A DNA stretch of 64,000 nt from Campylobacteraceae bacterium (GTDB taxonomy: Bacteria > Campylobacterota > Campylobacteria > Campylobacterales > JALSKU01): assembly GCA_026993075.1 (NCBI GenBank), contig JALWUQ010000054.1, positions 60,676 to 124,675 of the forward strand, given 5' to 3'. This document shows, piece by piece, positions 20,939-30,799 of the stretch. Made by a program: the position numbers and the translations under genes. The stretch's first letter is position 1, and each line of letters opens with the position of its first letter. Below the pieces are notes generated by a model. That model saw only the letters and a list, made by a program, of their open reading frames with translations. It was not told the origin of the DNA and searched no databases.

Positions 20939-22959
20939 GTACTCTCAACGATGAACAGTTCAAAGCAGCTACTTCAAAACCTGGACACAATCTTATAATC
21001 GCTTCTGCAGGTACAGGAAAAACTTCAACGATAGTGGCTAGAATTGCTTATTTGCTCCAAAATAATGTCAAACCGGAAGAGATATTGCTCCTTACATTTA
21101 CAAATAAAGCTTCAGGAGAAATGATAGAAAGAGTTTCTAAATATTTTGATTCAAATATTGTCAAAAAAATAGAAGCAGGAACATTTCACTCAGTCAGTTA
21201 CAGACTACTTAAAAAAAGTGGAAATAATATCACTTTAAAACAGCCAAAAGAGTTAAAAATATTACTTAAAAGTGTATATGAAAAAAGAGTCTTTTCGCAC
21301 ATTCAAAGCAAAAACAAACAGTATCAGTATTCGTACTTATATGATATATTCTCACTATATCAAAACAGCGAACAATATAGCGACTTTTCTTCTTGGCTGC
21401 AAAAAAGAAATCCAGAACAAGAGCCATTTTTCGACATGTATGAAGATATACTAAATGAATTTCAAGAATTAAAAAATAAATTTGGGTATGTTGATTATAA
21501 TGATTTGCTTATAAATATAACAAAAAAGTCAAAAGAAAATAATTTTTATTTTAAAGAAATTCTTGTTGATGAGTACCAAGATACTAACTCTTTGCAATGT
21601 AAAGTAATAGATTCTTTTAAATGTGACTCTCTTTTTTGTGTTGGAGACTATGATCAGAGTATTTATGCTTTTAACGGTGCCGATATAAATATCATTGCAT
21701 CTTTTAACGATAGATATAAAAATACACAGATTTTTGCACTTAATAAGAATTACAGATCTACTAAACAAATATTATCATTGGCAAACAAAGTAATCAAGCA
21801 AAATAAAAGAATTTACAAAAAAGAATTAATAGTAACAAAAATGCACAAAGATCTTCCGCCAAAACTTTTTGTTTTTGAAGAAGTTTTCGAACAATATGAG
21901 ACAATTGCAAAAAAAATAAAATTCTCAACTACCGATAAAAAAGATATTGCCGTAATATTTAGAAATAATTCCAGTGCTGACGGTATAGAGGCAACATTAA
22001 GAGAAATCGGAATAAATTCCAAAAGGAAAGGAAGTATAAGTTTTTTTGAGACAAAAGAGATTAAGTCTCTTTTAAATATACTTTCACTTCTTAGAAATCC
22101 AAAAGATATAATGGCATTTGTAAATATTTTCGAATATGCAAGAGGTATTGGGTCTGTTATAGGAAAAGAACTTTTTGAAGCTCTATATAAGATCGGAAAC
22201 GGTGATATAGTAAAAGGATTGATAAAACCTGATTTATCGCATGGCAATCCGTTTAAAAAGAAAGCTCAAAACTATCAGCTTGGACTTTTTGATGATTTTG
22301 AACATTTAGGTTCAACAACAAGATTTAAAGATTTACAATTTGAAGAAAATTTTTTATCAAACCCTATACTAAAGCATCCAAAAATTTCTACTGATGGTGC
22401 TGCATTTATCTATGCTTTATATAATTTTGTAAAAACAAATAAAAATATCAAATCTCCTTATAAAATATTATCAAATTTGATAAATTCAAATCTTTATGAT
22501 TTTATAACCCAGACACTTTCAAAACAAAGAGCAATAACAAAATTAAAAGGAGTAGATGAAGAATTGGCAAAAAAAATCAAACAAAATATTATATCAAAAG
22601 CCTGGATTTTAGCAAATATTTCTAAAAATTACAAAGATATTGATAAATTTATAAATGCTTTAGTACTTGGAAGCAATGAAATAACCCAAGGAGATGGTGT
22701 AAATCTTCTTAGTATCCATGCTAGCAAAGGATTGGAGTTTAAAGAAGTATATATTATTGATCTAATGGATGGAAGATTTCCAAATAGAAAACTCATTAGC
22801 AAAGGTGGCTCTATAGAAGAAGAAAGAAGGCTATTTTATGTAGCAACAACAAGGGCAAAAGAATTGCTTTATCTATCTTATGCAAAACAGGATAAAATAA
22901 AGAAAATAGAGTATCAACACTCTATTTTCTTAGAAGAAGCAGGACTTGTTAGTGTTTAA
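20890..22959 (+). CDS. UvrD/PcrA-family superfamily 1 DNA helicase
   Basis: The sequence LNDEQFKAAT..IIASAGTGKTST carries Walker A, and VDEYQDTN is motif II. YRSTKQIL and a C-terminal VATTRAK are also present. The true start is more likely the in-frame TTG at 20929, which has AAAGAG 6 nt upstream and gives (M)PLSTLNDEQ. Confidence 0.88.
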   Translation: MLGTYLLGQKECSLPLSTLNDEQFKAATSKPGHNLIIASAGTGKTSTIVARIAYLLQNNVKPEEILLLTFTNKASGEMIERVSKYFDSNIVKKIEAGTFHSVSYRLLKKSGNNITLKQPKELKILLKSVYEKRVFSHIQSKNKQYQYSYLYDIFSLYQNSEQYSDFSSWLQKRNPEQEPFFDMYEDILNEFQELKNKFGYVDYNDLLINITKKSKENNFYFKEILVDEYQDTNSLQCKVIDSFKCDSLFCVGDYDQSIYAFNGADINIIASFNDRYKNTQIFALNKNYRSTKQILSLANKVIKQNKRIYKKELIVTKMHKDLPPKLFVFEEVFEQYETIAKKIKFSTTDKKDIAVIFRNNSSADGIEATLREIGINSKRKGSISFFETKEIKSLLNILSLLRNPKDIMAFVNIFEYARGIGSVIGKELFEALYKIGNGDIVKGLIKPDLSHGNPFKKKAQNYQLGLFDDFEHLGSTTRFKDLQFEENFLSNPILKHPKISTDGAAFIYALYNFVKTNKNIKSPYKILSNLINSNLYDFITQTLSKQRAITKLKGVDEELAKKIKQNIISKAWILANISKNYKDIDKFINALVLGSNEITQGDGVNLLSIHASKGLEFKEVYIIDLMDGRFPNRKLISKGGSIEEERRLFYVATTRAKELLYLSYAKQDKIKKIEYQHSIFLEEAGLVSV

Positions 22960-24190
22960 CAGCAGAAGCCAAATCCCACATAGGCAAGAAAATACCAAGT
23001 GCCATCATAAGTACCATAACAGCTATAAATCCTATAAGAATAGGTTCTATATAGCTTGAAATATTATCAACTATCTCATCAAATCTCATTTTAAAATAAT
23101 CAGAAACTTTTTCAAGCATAGTATCAAGTGTACCACTTCTTTCACCAGCATTAACCATCTGCAAAAGCATTCCTTGAAAAAGACCTGTATCCTTAAAGGC
23201 ATCAGAAAGAGACATTCCTCTTTGTACCGAAGTTGTCACAGCTGCCAATTTGTCTTTTAGTGTGGTATTGTCTATTGTTAAAACAGCAGTATCTAATGCA
23301 TCAGCTATAGGAATACCTGCGGCAATCAACTGAGTAAAAATCATCATAAATCTATACATGGTAGCATTAAAAATAATTTTACCAAAAAGATATACTTTTA
23401 AAATATATTTATCAAATCCTTTTTTAAATTCTACATTATTGACATATAAAAATTTTATTGTTGCGATTGAGCCAATGATAAATATCAAAAGGTACCAGCC
23501 ATAATTGTGAATTATATTTTCCAGATAAAGAAGAATTCTAGTAGGCAATGGCAAAACTGTATGAAAGTTTGCAAATATGGCTTTAAATTTAGGGACAACA
23601 TACACCATCAATATAGTAAATGCTATTGAAATAGCTATCAGAACAATCATCGGATATCTTAATGCACTTTTAAATTTTTTCCTATTATCTCTAATTTCTT
23701 CAAGTATCACAGCCAGTTTCAGTAAAGATTCGGACATATTTCCAGTATTTTCTCCAAGCTCTATCATAGCTATTGTTACATCACCGACATCATTTCTATA
23801 TACATTCAATGCTTCAGTCAGACTTTGACCGGAATTCAGGGCATCGTCTATATTGTTAAAAATTGCTTTGAGCCTTTTGTCTTCAGTTGATTTTACAACT
23901 TCTCTAACACTATCATGAATTGATATGCCTGCATTTGTCATAACGCCCAATTGCCTTATAGATGATATCAGACTATCAATTTTTACTTTAGGCTTTAAAA
24001 GAGTATTAAAAAGCTGCTTTTTAAACTCACTAAATTGATCCTCTACCGGAGCAGAAGTTTCAATAATTTTTATAATTATACCGGGCAGTCTTAATTTAGC
24101 CATTGACAAAGCATCCATCCTGTTTTGGGCCTTCATTGTCTTGCTATCTTTTCTGCCTTTAAACATATATGTAACTTCAAAATATTTCAT
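22949..24190 (-). CDS. ctsF: type II secretion / type IV pilus platform protein (GspF/PilC family), competence CtsF-like
   Basis: 413 aa with two GspF repeats and three TM segments. It overlaps the upstream ATPase gene by 4 nt. Confidence 0.85.
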   Translation of the reverse strand: MKYFEVTYMFKGRKDSKTMKAQNRMDALSMAKLRLPGIIIKIIETSAPVEDQFSEFKKQLFNTLLKPKVKIDSLISSIRQLGVMTNAGISIHDSVREVVKSTEDKRLKAIFNNIDDALNSGQSLTEALNVYRNDVGDVTIAMIELGENTGNMSESLLKLAVILEEIRDNRKKFKSALRYPMIVLIAISIAFTILMVYVVPKFKAIFANFHTVLPLPTRILLYLENIIHNYGWYLLIFIIGSIATIKFLYVNNVEFKKGFDKYILKVYLFGKIIFNATMYRFMMIFTQLIAAGIPIADALDTAVLTIDNTTLKDKLAAVTTSVQRGMSLSDAFKDTGLFQGMLLQMVNAGERSGTLDTMLEKVSDYFKMRFDEIVDNISSYIEPILIGFIAVMVLMMALGIFLPMWDLASAVKH

Positions 24191-25935
24191 GATTTCACCA
24201 CTCTATATACTTCTTCAATACTTGTTATACCATTTGCTGCTCTTATTATACCATCTTGCATCATATTTGCAAAACCATCTCTTTTTGCCTGTTCAGTTAT
24301 CTCCGCTTTACTTCCACCTTTTGCTATAATACTTTGAATTTCTTCACTAATTACCAATATCTCAGATATCATTTCTCTCCCAAAATATCCACTGCCGGCA
24401 CACTTATCACAACCTATTGCTTTATAAAAATTATAATGTTCTGGTAAAAAATTTTTAAATTCTTCTATAGTATTTTTTGGTAATACTACTTTGCTTTTGC
24501 AATGAGGACATAATTTTCTTATAAGTCTTTGTGCCTCAATAGCTATTAAAGAGCCACTTACCAAATATGGCTCAATACCCATATCCATTATTCTGTTAAT
24601 TGCACTGATTGCGTCATTTGTATGCAATGTGGAAAATACAAGGTGTCCTGTAAGTGCTGCTTGTATAGCAATTCTTAAAGTCTCATGATCTCTAACCTCT
24701 CCTATCATTATAACATCAGGATCTTGTCTTAGTATGGATTTTAATGCACTAGAGAAAGTTAAATTAGCTTTTTCGTTCACTTGAGTCTGCTGGGTTAGGT
24801 TCAACTGATACTCTACCGGATCTTCAACTGTTATAATTTTTTTGGAAATACTTTTGATAGCATTTAAAGCAGCATACAATGTTGTTGTTTTACCTGAGCC
24901 TGTCGGGCCCGTTACAAACACTATACCATAGGGCACTCTCATAGCATGATTAAATTTTTCAAAAGTTATTTTACTCATTCCCAAAGAATCCATTTTAATC
25001 ATTACTTTTGATTTATCAAGTATCCTCATAACAATTGACTCACCGTTTGTAATAGGTAAAGTTGAAACTCTAAAATCAAATTCTTTATCCATAACTACAA
25101 GAGAAAATCTTCCATCTTGAGGTTTTCTTCGTTCGGCAATATCTAAATTTGATAGTAATTTAATCCTGGAAGATAAAGGAGGATATATATCTTTATCAAA
25201 AACAAATGATTCGTTTAACATGCCATCCACTCTGGTTCTGACAATACAATTATTTTCAGTCGGCTCGATATGAATATCACTTCCTCTGTATAAAATTGCA
25301 GTTTTTATTATAGATTCTATAAGCTTCATCACTCCCGATGATTCTCCGGGATTTTCGGCGGCACTTGTTGTTAATTCTCTCCTTATCTCATTTATCAGAT
25401 CTTTCGTCCCGCCACTGATTTCTAATTTATTAAAATACTTTTCAATCTGAGTAGGATCCGAAATAACAACTTTTATCAATTTTTTAGGATAATATCTCTG
25501 CATTGCTTCTTGAGCTTTAATATTAAACGGTTCTCCAAATGCAATGTAAGTACTTATTTCATCTTCAAATAATGGGAGCGCCAAATATCTTTTTAATTGA
25601 TTTAAAGGAGCAATGGATGCTAATTTATAATTTATATCAACAGTGTCTAAATCCATATATTGTGCATTTATACTCTCGGCAAAATTCTTTAGTACAATTT
25701 CCATATTTACCGGAAAATTTTCTGTTATATCATTTAAACCTATAATATTTTTTTGTAAAAGCTCATTTACAAATATAAGCATACTCTCTTCGTCAAAAAA
25801 AACTTCATTTAAAAGAACTTCACTTATACTCAAATCTTTTTCATCAACTTCAATCTTTAACTCATTAACCTTTTGTTCATTAACAATTCTATTTTTTTTT
25901 ATAAAATTTAGTATATCCAATTCTGTATTTGTCAT
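24187..25935 (-). CDS. ctsE: type II secretion / type IV pilus assembly ATPase (GspE/PilB family), CtsE-like
   Basis: 582 aa. Walker A GPTGSGKTTT, Walker B IMIGEVRD and a His box are present, along with the C-terminal tetracysteine CPHC...CDKC. Confidence 0.9.
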   Translation of the reverse strand: MTNTELDILNFIKKNRIVNEQKVNELKIEVDEKDLSISEVLLNEVFFDEESMLIFVNELLQKNIIGLNDITENFPVNMEIVLKNFAESINAQYMDLDTVDINYKLASIAPLNQLKRYLALPLFEDEISTYIAFGEPFNIKAQEAMQRYYPKKLIKVVISDPTQIEKYFNKLEISGGTKDLINEIRRELTTSAAENPGESSGVMKLIESIIKTAILYRGSDIHIEPTENNCIVRTRVDGMLNESFVFDKDIYPPLSSRIKLLSNLDIAERRKPQDGRFSLVVMDKEFDFRVSTLPITNGESIVMRILDKSKVMIKMDSLGMSKITFEKFNHAMRVPYGIVFVTGPTGSGKTTTLYAALNAIKSISKKIITVEDPVEYQLNLTQQTQVNEKANLTFSSALKSILRQDPDVIMIGEVRDHETLRIAIQAALTGHLVFSTLHTNDAISAINRIMDMGIEPYLVSGSLIAIEAQRLIRKLCPHCKSKVVLPKNTIEEFKNFLPEHYNFYKAIGCDKCAGSGYFGREMISEILVISEEIQSIIAKGGSKAEITEQAKRDGFANMMQDGIIRAANGITSIEEVYRVVKS

Positions 25936-25939
25936 TTTT

Positions 25940-26485
25940 TTACCAATATATTCTAGTTTTAATTATTACACCGTTTTTAAATGTTCTTAAAATCATTTTA
26001 TAAACACCTTTGGTGTTTGAAATATTTAATTTATAAGATATATTCTTATTTTTGTTATCTTTAAAAATATAAGTACTTCCACTTTTTGTATACATTTTAT
26101 CTGCATACATAACAAAAATCTTTGATAATATATAATTTGTTGTCGGAAATTTAAATTTTGATACATCATATCCATCAATTAACGATTTGTATAATAATTT
26201 CTTTTGATACAAAATCGTTAAAAAATATATTGAATTACTCCTTGCCGCAGAAGACCTCACAAGAAGCATAGCAGGAAATGCCATTCTGTTTATATTATCA
26301 ACTTTCAGGCATGAATTGGCAAATACACTCAACAAAGTTTCATCTTTTTTATTATAAAGGTATATTTTAGCCGCATCAGTACAAGCTTGCTTATAATTTT
26401 TATTTTTATATGCCTTGTAAACATCACCCTTTGTAATTGCGACAGAGTATGATAATATGCAAATTATTAAAACAATATACTTCAT
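25940..26485 (-). CDS. secreted hypothetical protein inside the cts-like locus
   Basis: 181 aa with an N-terminal signal-like segment. I recognise no motif. It lies 4 nt upstream of ctsE in the same orientation. Confidence 0.5.
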   Translation of the reverse strand: MKYIVLIICILSYSVAITKGDVYKAYKNKNYKQACTDAAKIYLYNKKDETLLSVFANSCLKVDNINRMAFPAMLLVRSSAARSNSIYFLTILYQKKLLYKSLIDGYDVSKFKFPTTNYILSKIFVMYADKMYTKSGSTYIFKDNKNKNISYKLNISNTKGVYKMILRTFKNGVIIKTRIYW

Positions 26486-26606
26486 ATTGAAATCTCCTTT
26501 TCAAGAAGCAAAGTTCCTTGAAAATTCCTCTTACTAAAGCTTCGCCTTTGACAAGAGAAATTCTTATGATTTTTATTCTTATTTGTACTTTTGTAACTTG
26601 ATAGTT

Positions 26607-27443
26607 TCATTTAAAATAGCCTCTTTTTATTTTTATCAACAGATTTTTAATCTTTTTAGAATTATAAATTTTCAAATAAGCACTCAGTGCATTTATCGCA
26701 TCTTTTCTCATACCCAATTTAACTTTATTTTTTGCAAAGAGTACCCAACTATCTTCATTTGAGCTATTTATATTATTTGAAGTGATAGCCCAAACCAAGG
26801 ATTTTTTATAATCATGTTTATCAAAATATACTTCTGAAAGCATTGTTGCGTATATTGCTTTTTTAGAACTGTTAAATCTATCTTTAAGATAAGCCAATTT
26901 ATCTATTTTCTTACTAGAAATAAATATTTTTTGTTTGGGAGATTTCTTTTGTTTGATTACTTTATTATTTAAACGAATTTTTTTAATAATTTTTTTAATA
27001 GGTTCTGCTGATGATATTTTTTTATTTTTATTTAAATTATTTTTATCTATTAAATTAACTTTAGTTAAAAAATTTGTATTCAATACCAATAAATCACTAT
27101 TGTTTGAATTTTTAATTTTTTTAGCATATTTTATTTTATTGACAGTTATATTTTTATCTATATTATGCTTTGGTGTAATAACAGGTTTTATTAATGTAGT
27201 TTTTATTATTTTTTTAGTTTTAACTGCATATACTTTTTTAATTTGCTTTTTAGCCAAAAGAAGAGAACTGTTTTTTTCAAAATAATTTGTTACAACTTTA
27301 AAATCATTACCTCTAAAATAAATAATAATTAATAAAATAATTAATAAAATAATTAATAAAGTAGAAAAATACTTAAAATATTTTTTTATTTTATTTTTTT
27401 TCCAAGTCTCTTCAAGTTTTTTAATTTCTTGAGTACTAAGCAT
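26607..27443 (-). CDS. single-pass Lys-rich membrane protein with a TPR-like C-terminus (position of CtsX)
   Basis: 278 aa. The TM segment LLIILLIILLIIIYF is encoded by a 12-bp tandem repeat. It overlaps the ctsP-like gene by 8 nt. Confidence 0.55.
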   Translation of the reverse strand: MLSTQEIKKLEETWKKNKIKKYFKYFSTLLIILLIILLIIIYFRGNDFKVVTNYFEKNSSLLLAKKQIKKVYAVKTKKIIKTTLIKPVITPKHNIDKNITVNKIKYAKKIKNSNNSDLLVLNTNFLTKVNLIDKNNLNKNKKISSAEPIKKIIKKIRLNNKVIKQKKSPKQKIFISSKKIDKLAYLKDRFNSSKKAIYATMLSEVYFDKHDYKKSLVWAITSNNINSSNEDSWVLFAKNKVKLGMRKDAINALSAYLKIYNSKKIKNLLIKIKRGYFK

Positions 27444-28263
27444 TTAAATAATCCAAGCTAATAATAGTCATTTCTAAAAATTTTGTATTTATCAGTCTAT
27501 TACTCATTTTACTTGGTTCCTTTTTATCATAGTAATCGCAAATATCAAATAATTTATATAAAATCTTATTAGTTTCACGCAAATTACCTTTACTGTAAGT
27601 GTATATTATTTTATAATGTTTTTTTGTAAATTTATTGATAAAATCAAACATATTATGATACAAAAATTTTTTCTCAATATAAATTTTAAATTCTTCAAAA
27701 GTTATATTATTTAATTCCACACTCTCCCATATTCTTGTTTTAAAATAATCTTTTGCAAATACATCTTCTTTCTCATCAGTTTTATGAACAGTAAAAACAA
27801 TTTTATACTTTCTAGTATCTGCCAATAACCTAATCTTTTCTATTATTGAAGAGGGATACAATTGTGCCTCATCAATAAATACAGTCATGGGTTCATTAAA
27901 CTGTTTTGCCTTTTCAGTAATTAGTTTAAAGTAAGCATCAAAACTATCTAAGTTAGGAAGTGTATCTTTAAATGAGTAAGTGTAAATATTTTTGATAAAT
28001 TCCAATTCATCAAAAAAGGGAGTAGGTAAAAGTATAATTGATTTTTTTTTTGACAAATCTCTATATATTTTTTTTAATAAAAAAGTTTTACCGGTACCTG
28101 GTTTACCATAAAGAAGAACCAGCTTTATAGGTTTGTTTATAACTTCAAAGAGTTTTTCATAGGCAATAACCGAGCTATCTATATTTACATAGTCATCATC
28201 ATAAATATCGCTAAATATATCTTTTGCTTTTTCATAATTACTCTCTACCAATTGCACTGTCAT
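27436..28263 (-). CDS. ctsP: AAA/ExeA-like P-loop NTPase, CtsP-like
   Basis: 275 aa. Walker A YGKPGTGKTF and Walker B VFIDEAQ are present. Confidence 0.7.
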   Translation of the reverse strand: MTVQLVESNYEKAKDIFSDIYDDDYVNIDSSVIAYEKLFEVINKPIKLVLLYGKPGTGKTFLLKKIYRDLSKKKSIILLPTPFFDELEFIKNIYTYSFKDTLPNLDSFDAYFKLITEKAKQFNEPMTVFIDEAQLYPSSIIEKIRLLADTRKYKIVFTVHKTDEKEDVFAKDYFKTRIWESVELNNITFEEFKIYIEKKFLYHNMFDFINKFTKKHYKIIYTYSKGNLRETNKILYKLFDICDYYDKKEPSKMSNRLINTKFLEMTIISLDYLNA

Positions 28264-29749
28264 ATCCCAATTTTTTTAAAGAAATATTTGAATAATTTTT
28301 ACTATTTACAATTCTAGGAGTAATTACAAATATCAATTCATTAATATTGTGTGATATTGATTCACTTTTAAATAAATTTCCAAGTATTGGTAATTCTTTC
28401 AATCCGGGAATTCCATTTTTAGAAACACTTTTACTCTTTCCTATGAGTCCACCAAGTATAATGGTGTCTCCGTTTTTAACCCTAACAACAGTTGAGAGTT
28501 TTTTCTCTCTGGTATCTGGAGCAATTTCTCTTGGTTGAGTTTGTGGTCCATTATCGGATGCATATTTGAAACTGCTTATTGAAGGATTTATTCTTAGCAT
28601 AATTTCATTTTTATCAGAGATTTGAGGCATAATATTTAATAAAATCCCTATAAAGACAGATTCATTGTTAAAAGAAGTTGTAGTAATACTTCCACCAGTA
28701 TTTGCCGGAGCAGTTTGTGGAATTCTATAATTTATATTATCTCCTATCGTTATAAGTGCTTGCTGATTGTTTAGAGTTAAAATTTTTGGGTTTGATACGA
28801 TTCTTGAATTACCTTGTGTTTTAAGAAAATTCATAAGTCCATTCATAGTAAAAGATATTGTATTACTAAAATTGAAAGCATTATTCCATCCAAGATGAAA
28901 GAGTTGGCTACCAGCTCCATTTGTTTTATAAGTATTAGAGCCATTTGCAGCTCCATTCAATGTTGGCAAACCTGTTCCTTGAGGATTGTTTACAGCAAGA
29001 GCAAATTGTGTCCAATTCACTCCACTTGAATGTGATTTTGAAAGATCGACAGATATAATTGATACATCTATCAATACTTCCTTATCGAGTCTGTGTTTTA
29101 CCTCTTTTAGATATTTTCCTACTCTTTGTATTTGTTCCTTTGTTCCTGTAATTGTTATAAGACCCGCATTTTGATTTATAATTGGATTTTTGACAGTATA
29201 TCCCTCAGATCCAGAATTTGCTATTGCAAGTATCTCTTTAGATATACCTTTCCAAAAATTAAAAGATTCACTTGTTGTTATTTGATTTTCATCTGTTGCG
29301 GTACTACTACCGGAATTTGAATTTGTAGATTGTACTGAAGCATTCAAAACAGCAGTTCCGGTTCTATCAGAAGTTATATAATCAATCTTAAATGTTTTTG
29401 TTTGTAAACCTGAAATTTTAAGTATATTATCATTAAAAGTATAATCTAAATTATTATCAGAAAGAAGTACGCTAAATATCTCATTTAGTGTCATATTCTT
29501 TATATTTATACCACTTAATTTTTCATCTATTTTCTTTTTAGCAACTTTATCTTTAACCAAAATACTAAAATTACAACTCATGCTTAGTCGATTTAATAAA
29601 TTTGATGTTGATATTTGATCTAAAACTTTTATGCTAAAAGCCCTGTATTTACAACTGCTCTCAGCATTTACACTACTAAAGCCTATCAATAAACTAACGA
29701 CAATAAATAAAGTTCTATTAAAAGTTGTTTGTAAATTTAATTTTGTCAT
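28238..29749 (-). CDS. ctsD: outer-membrane secretin (GspD/PilQ family), CtsD-like
   Basis: 503 aa with a signal peptide. The C-terminal secretin domain reads VVRVKNGDTIILGGLI...GIPGLKELPILGNLFK. Confidence 0.88.
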   Translation of the reverse strand: MTKLNLQTTFNRTLFIVVSLLIGFSSVNAESSCKYRAFSIKVLDQISTSNLLNRLSMSCNFSILVKDKVAKKKIDEKLSGINIKNMTLNEIFSVLLSDNNLDYTFNDNILKISGLQTKTFKIDYITSDRTGTAVLNASVQSTNSNSGSSTATDENQITTSESFNFWKGISKEILAIANSGSEGYTVKNPIINQNAGLITITGTKEQIQRVGKYLKEVKHRLDKEVLIDVSIISVDLSKSHSSGVNWTQFALAVNNPQGTGLPTLNGAANGSNTYKTNGAGSQLFHLGWNNAFNFSNTISFTMNGLMNFLKTQGNSRIVSNPKILTLNNQQALITIGDNINYRIPQTAPANTGGSITTTSFNNESVFIGILLNIMPQISDKNEIMLRINPSISSFKYASDNGPQTQPREIAPDTREKKLSTVVRVKNGDTIILGGLIGKSKSVSKNGIPGLKELPILGNLFKSESISHNINELIFVITPRIVNSKNYSNISLKKLGYDSAIGRE

Positions 29750-30170
29750 TTTTCTTCCTTAAAAATAATTCTATTTTTTTTCTTTTTCTTTTTAATATAA
29801 CGCTAAGATTTTTAATCTTAACAAGTCTAAATCCATAAACTTTCGAATTTAGTTTATACCATTTATTATTTATTCTAACTGTTTTATTTATTATTCCATG
29901 TAATCTTAATATTATAGGTTTCTTTTTAGTTGCATTTTTATCTTTAATAATTTTTAAAATATTTTGATTTACAAATGGAGTTGGCACAGAACTTAGAGTT
30001 TTATCACTTGGACCAATTCTTTTTTTACTTATTTGATCAAATATCATATTATATCTTTGAATACTCATTTGTGGTACTTTTGAGTTGCTTTGTATATCTG
30101 CGAACAAAGATACAGTCATAAAGATAAATAAAATAAAAGTTAGTAACTTATTCAATACTTTATCCCCCAT
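29718..30170 (-). CDS. PilP-like small periplasmic protein
   Basis: 150 aa with an N-terminal TM/signal. The C-terminal pattern (INNKWYKLNSKVYGFRLVKIKNLSVIL) resembles PilP/GspC HR domains. It lies directly upstream of the secretin. Confidence 0.45.
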   Translation of the reverse strand: MGDKVLNKLLTFILFIFMTVSLFADIQSNSKVPQMSIQRYNMIFDQISKKRIGPSDKTLSSVPTPFVNQNILKIIKDKNATKKKPIILRLHGIINKTVRINNKWYKLNSKVYGFRLVKIKNLSVILKRKRKKIELFLRKKNDKIKFTNNF

Positions 30171-30799
30171 ACTGCTATTTTAAAATTTATATGTATATTT
30201 TTGTCTATATCCATTTTTAAATCATGTACATCTGCGACTAGTTTGCTCTCTTCAATAGAATTTATAAATTTAATAATATTGTTAAAGTTACCGTTTGCAT
30301 CCACTTCTATATCAAGTATTTGTTCAACTTTTTTATAGTTAAGGATATTAAATTTATTTTTAATATAATTAATCTTAACATGATATTTTTTAGCATTTTG
30401 GGCAATATCATCAATAAAATTTGCCCAATTTACATCATTATATAATAAATAAGATAATTCTTTAAGTTTGTTATCTATATATCCATTTTTATAAATAGTA
30501 GATTCAAACTTACCTTTTGTATTTTTTATCTTTTGTTTAGCGATTTTAATATAGTAAAATTTATCTCCGTTAACTGTTTTAAATCTAATATAATTTGTTT
30601 CTTTATTTATTTTATTTTTAATTTGGCTTAATTGCATTTTTGTATTTTTTAGCATCTGTGTACTCTCTGGTAAAACATACAGATACACGATAGCAGCAAT
30701 AACAATGAATATGCCTGCATAAATTATAGATAATTCATTACTTTTTTTATCCTTCAATGCTATATCAATTTTCTCCAATATTTTATCAGATGCTGCCAT
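30152..30799 (-). CDS. PilO-like bitopic membrane protein
   Basis: 215 aa with a short cytoplasmic N-terminus, one TM, a coiled coil and a ferredoxin-like C-terminus. Assignment is by position in a pilMNOPQ-like order. Confidence 0.5.
   Translation of the reverse strand: MAASDKILEKIDIALKDKKSNELSIIYAGIFIVIAAIVYLYVLPESTQMLKNTKMQLSQIKNKINKETNYIRFKTVNGDKFYYIKIAKQKIKNTKGKFESTIYKNGYIDNKLKELSYLLYNDVNWANFIDDIAQNAKKYHVKINYIKNKFNILNYKKVEQILDIEVDANGNFNNIIKFINSIEESKLVADVHDLKMDIDKNIHINFKIAVWGIKY

Noticed and set aside
28042-28051. T10 homopolymer (A10 on the coding strand, encoding KKK) inside the ctsP-like gene, as a possible slipped-strand phase-variation switch. Similar A/T8-9 runs occur in rodA and ctsE.
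   Set aside because: A/T runs of this length are frequent throughout this ~30% GC sequence in Lys/Phe-rich regions. No poly-G/C tracts, the usual Campylobacter contingency signal, were seen.
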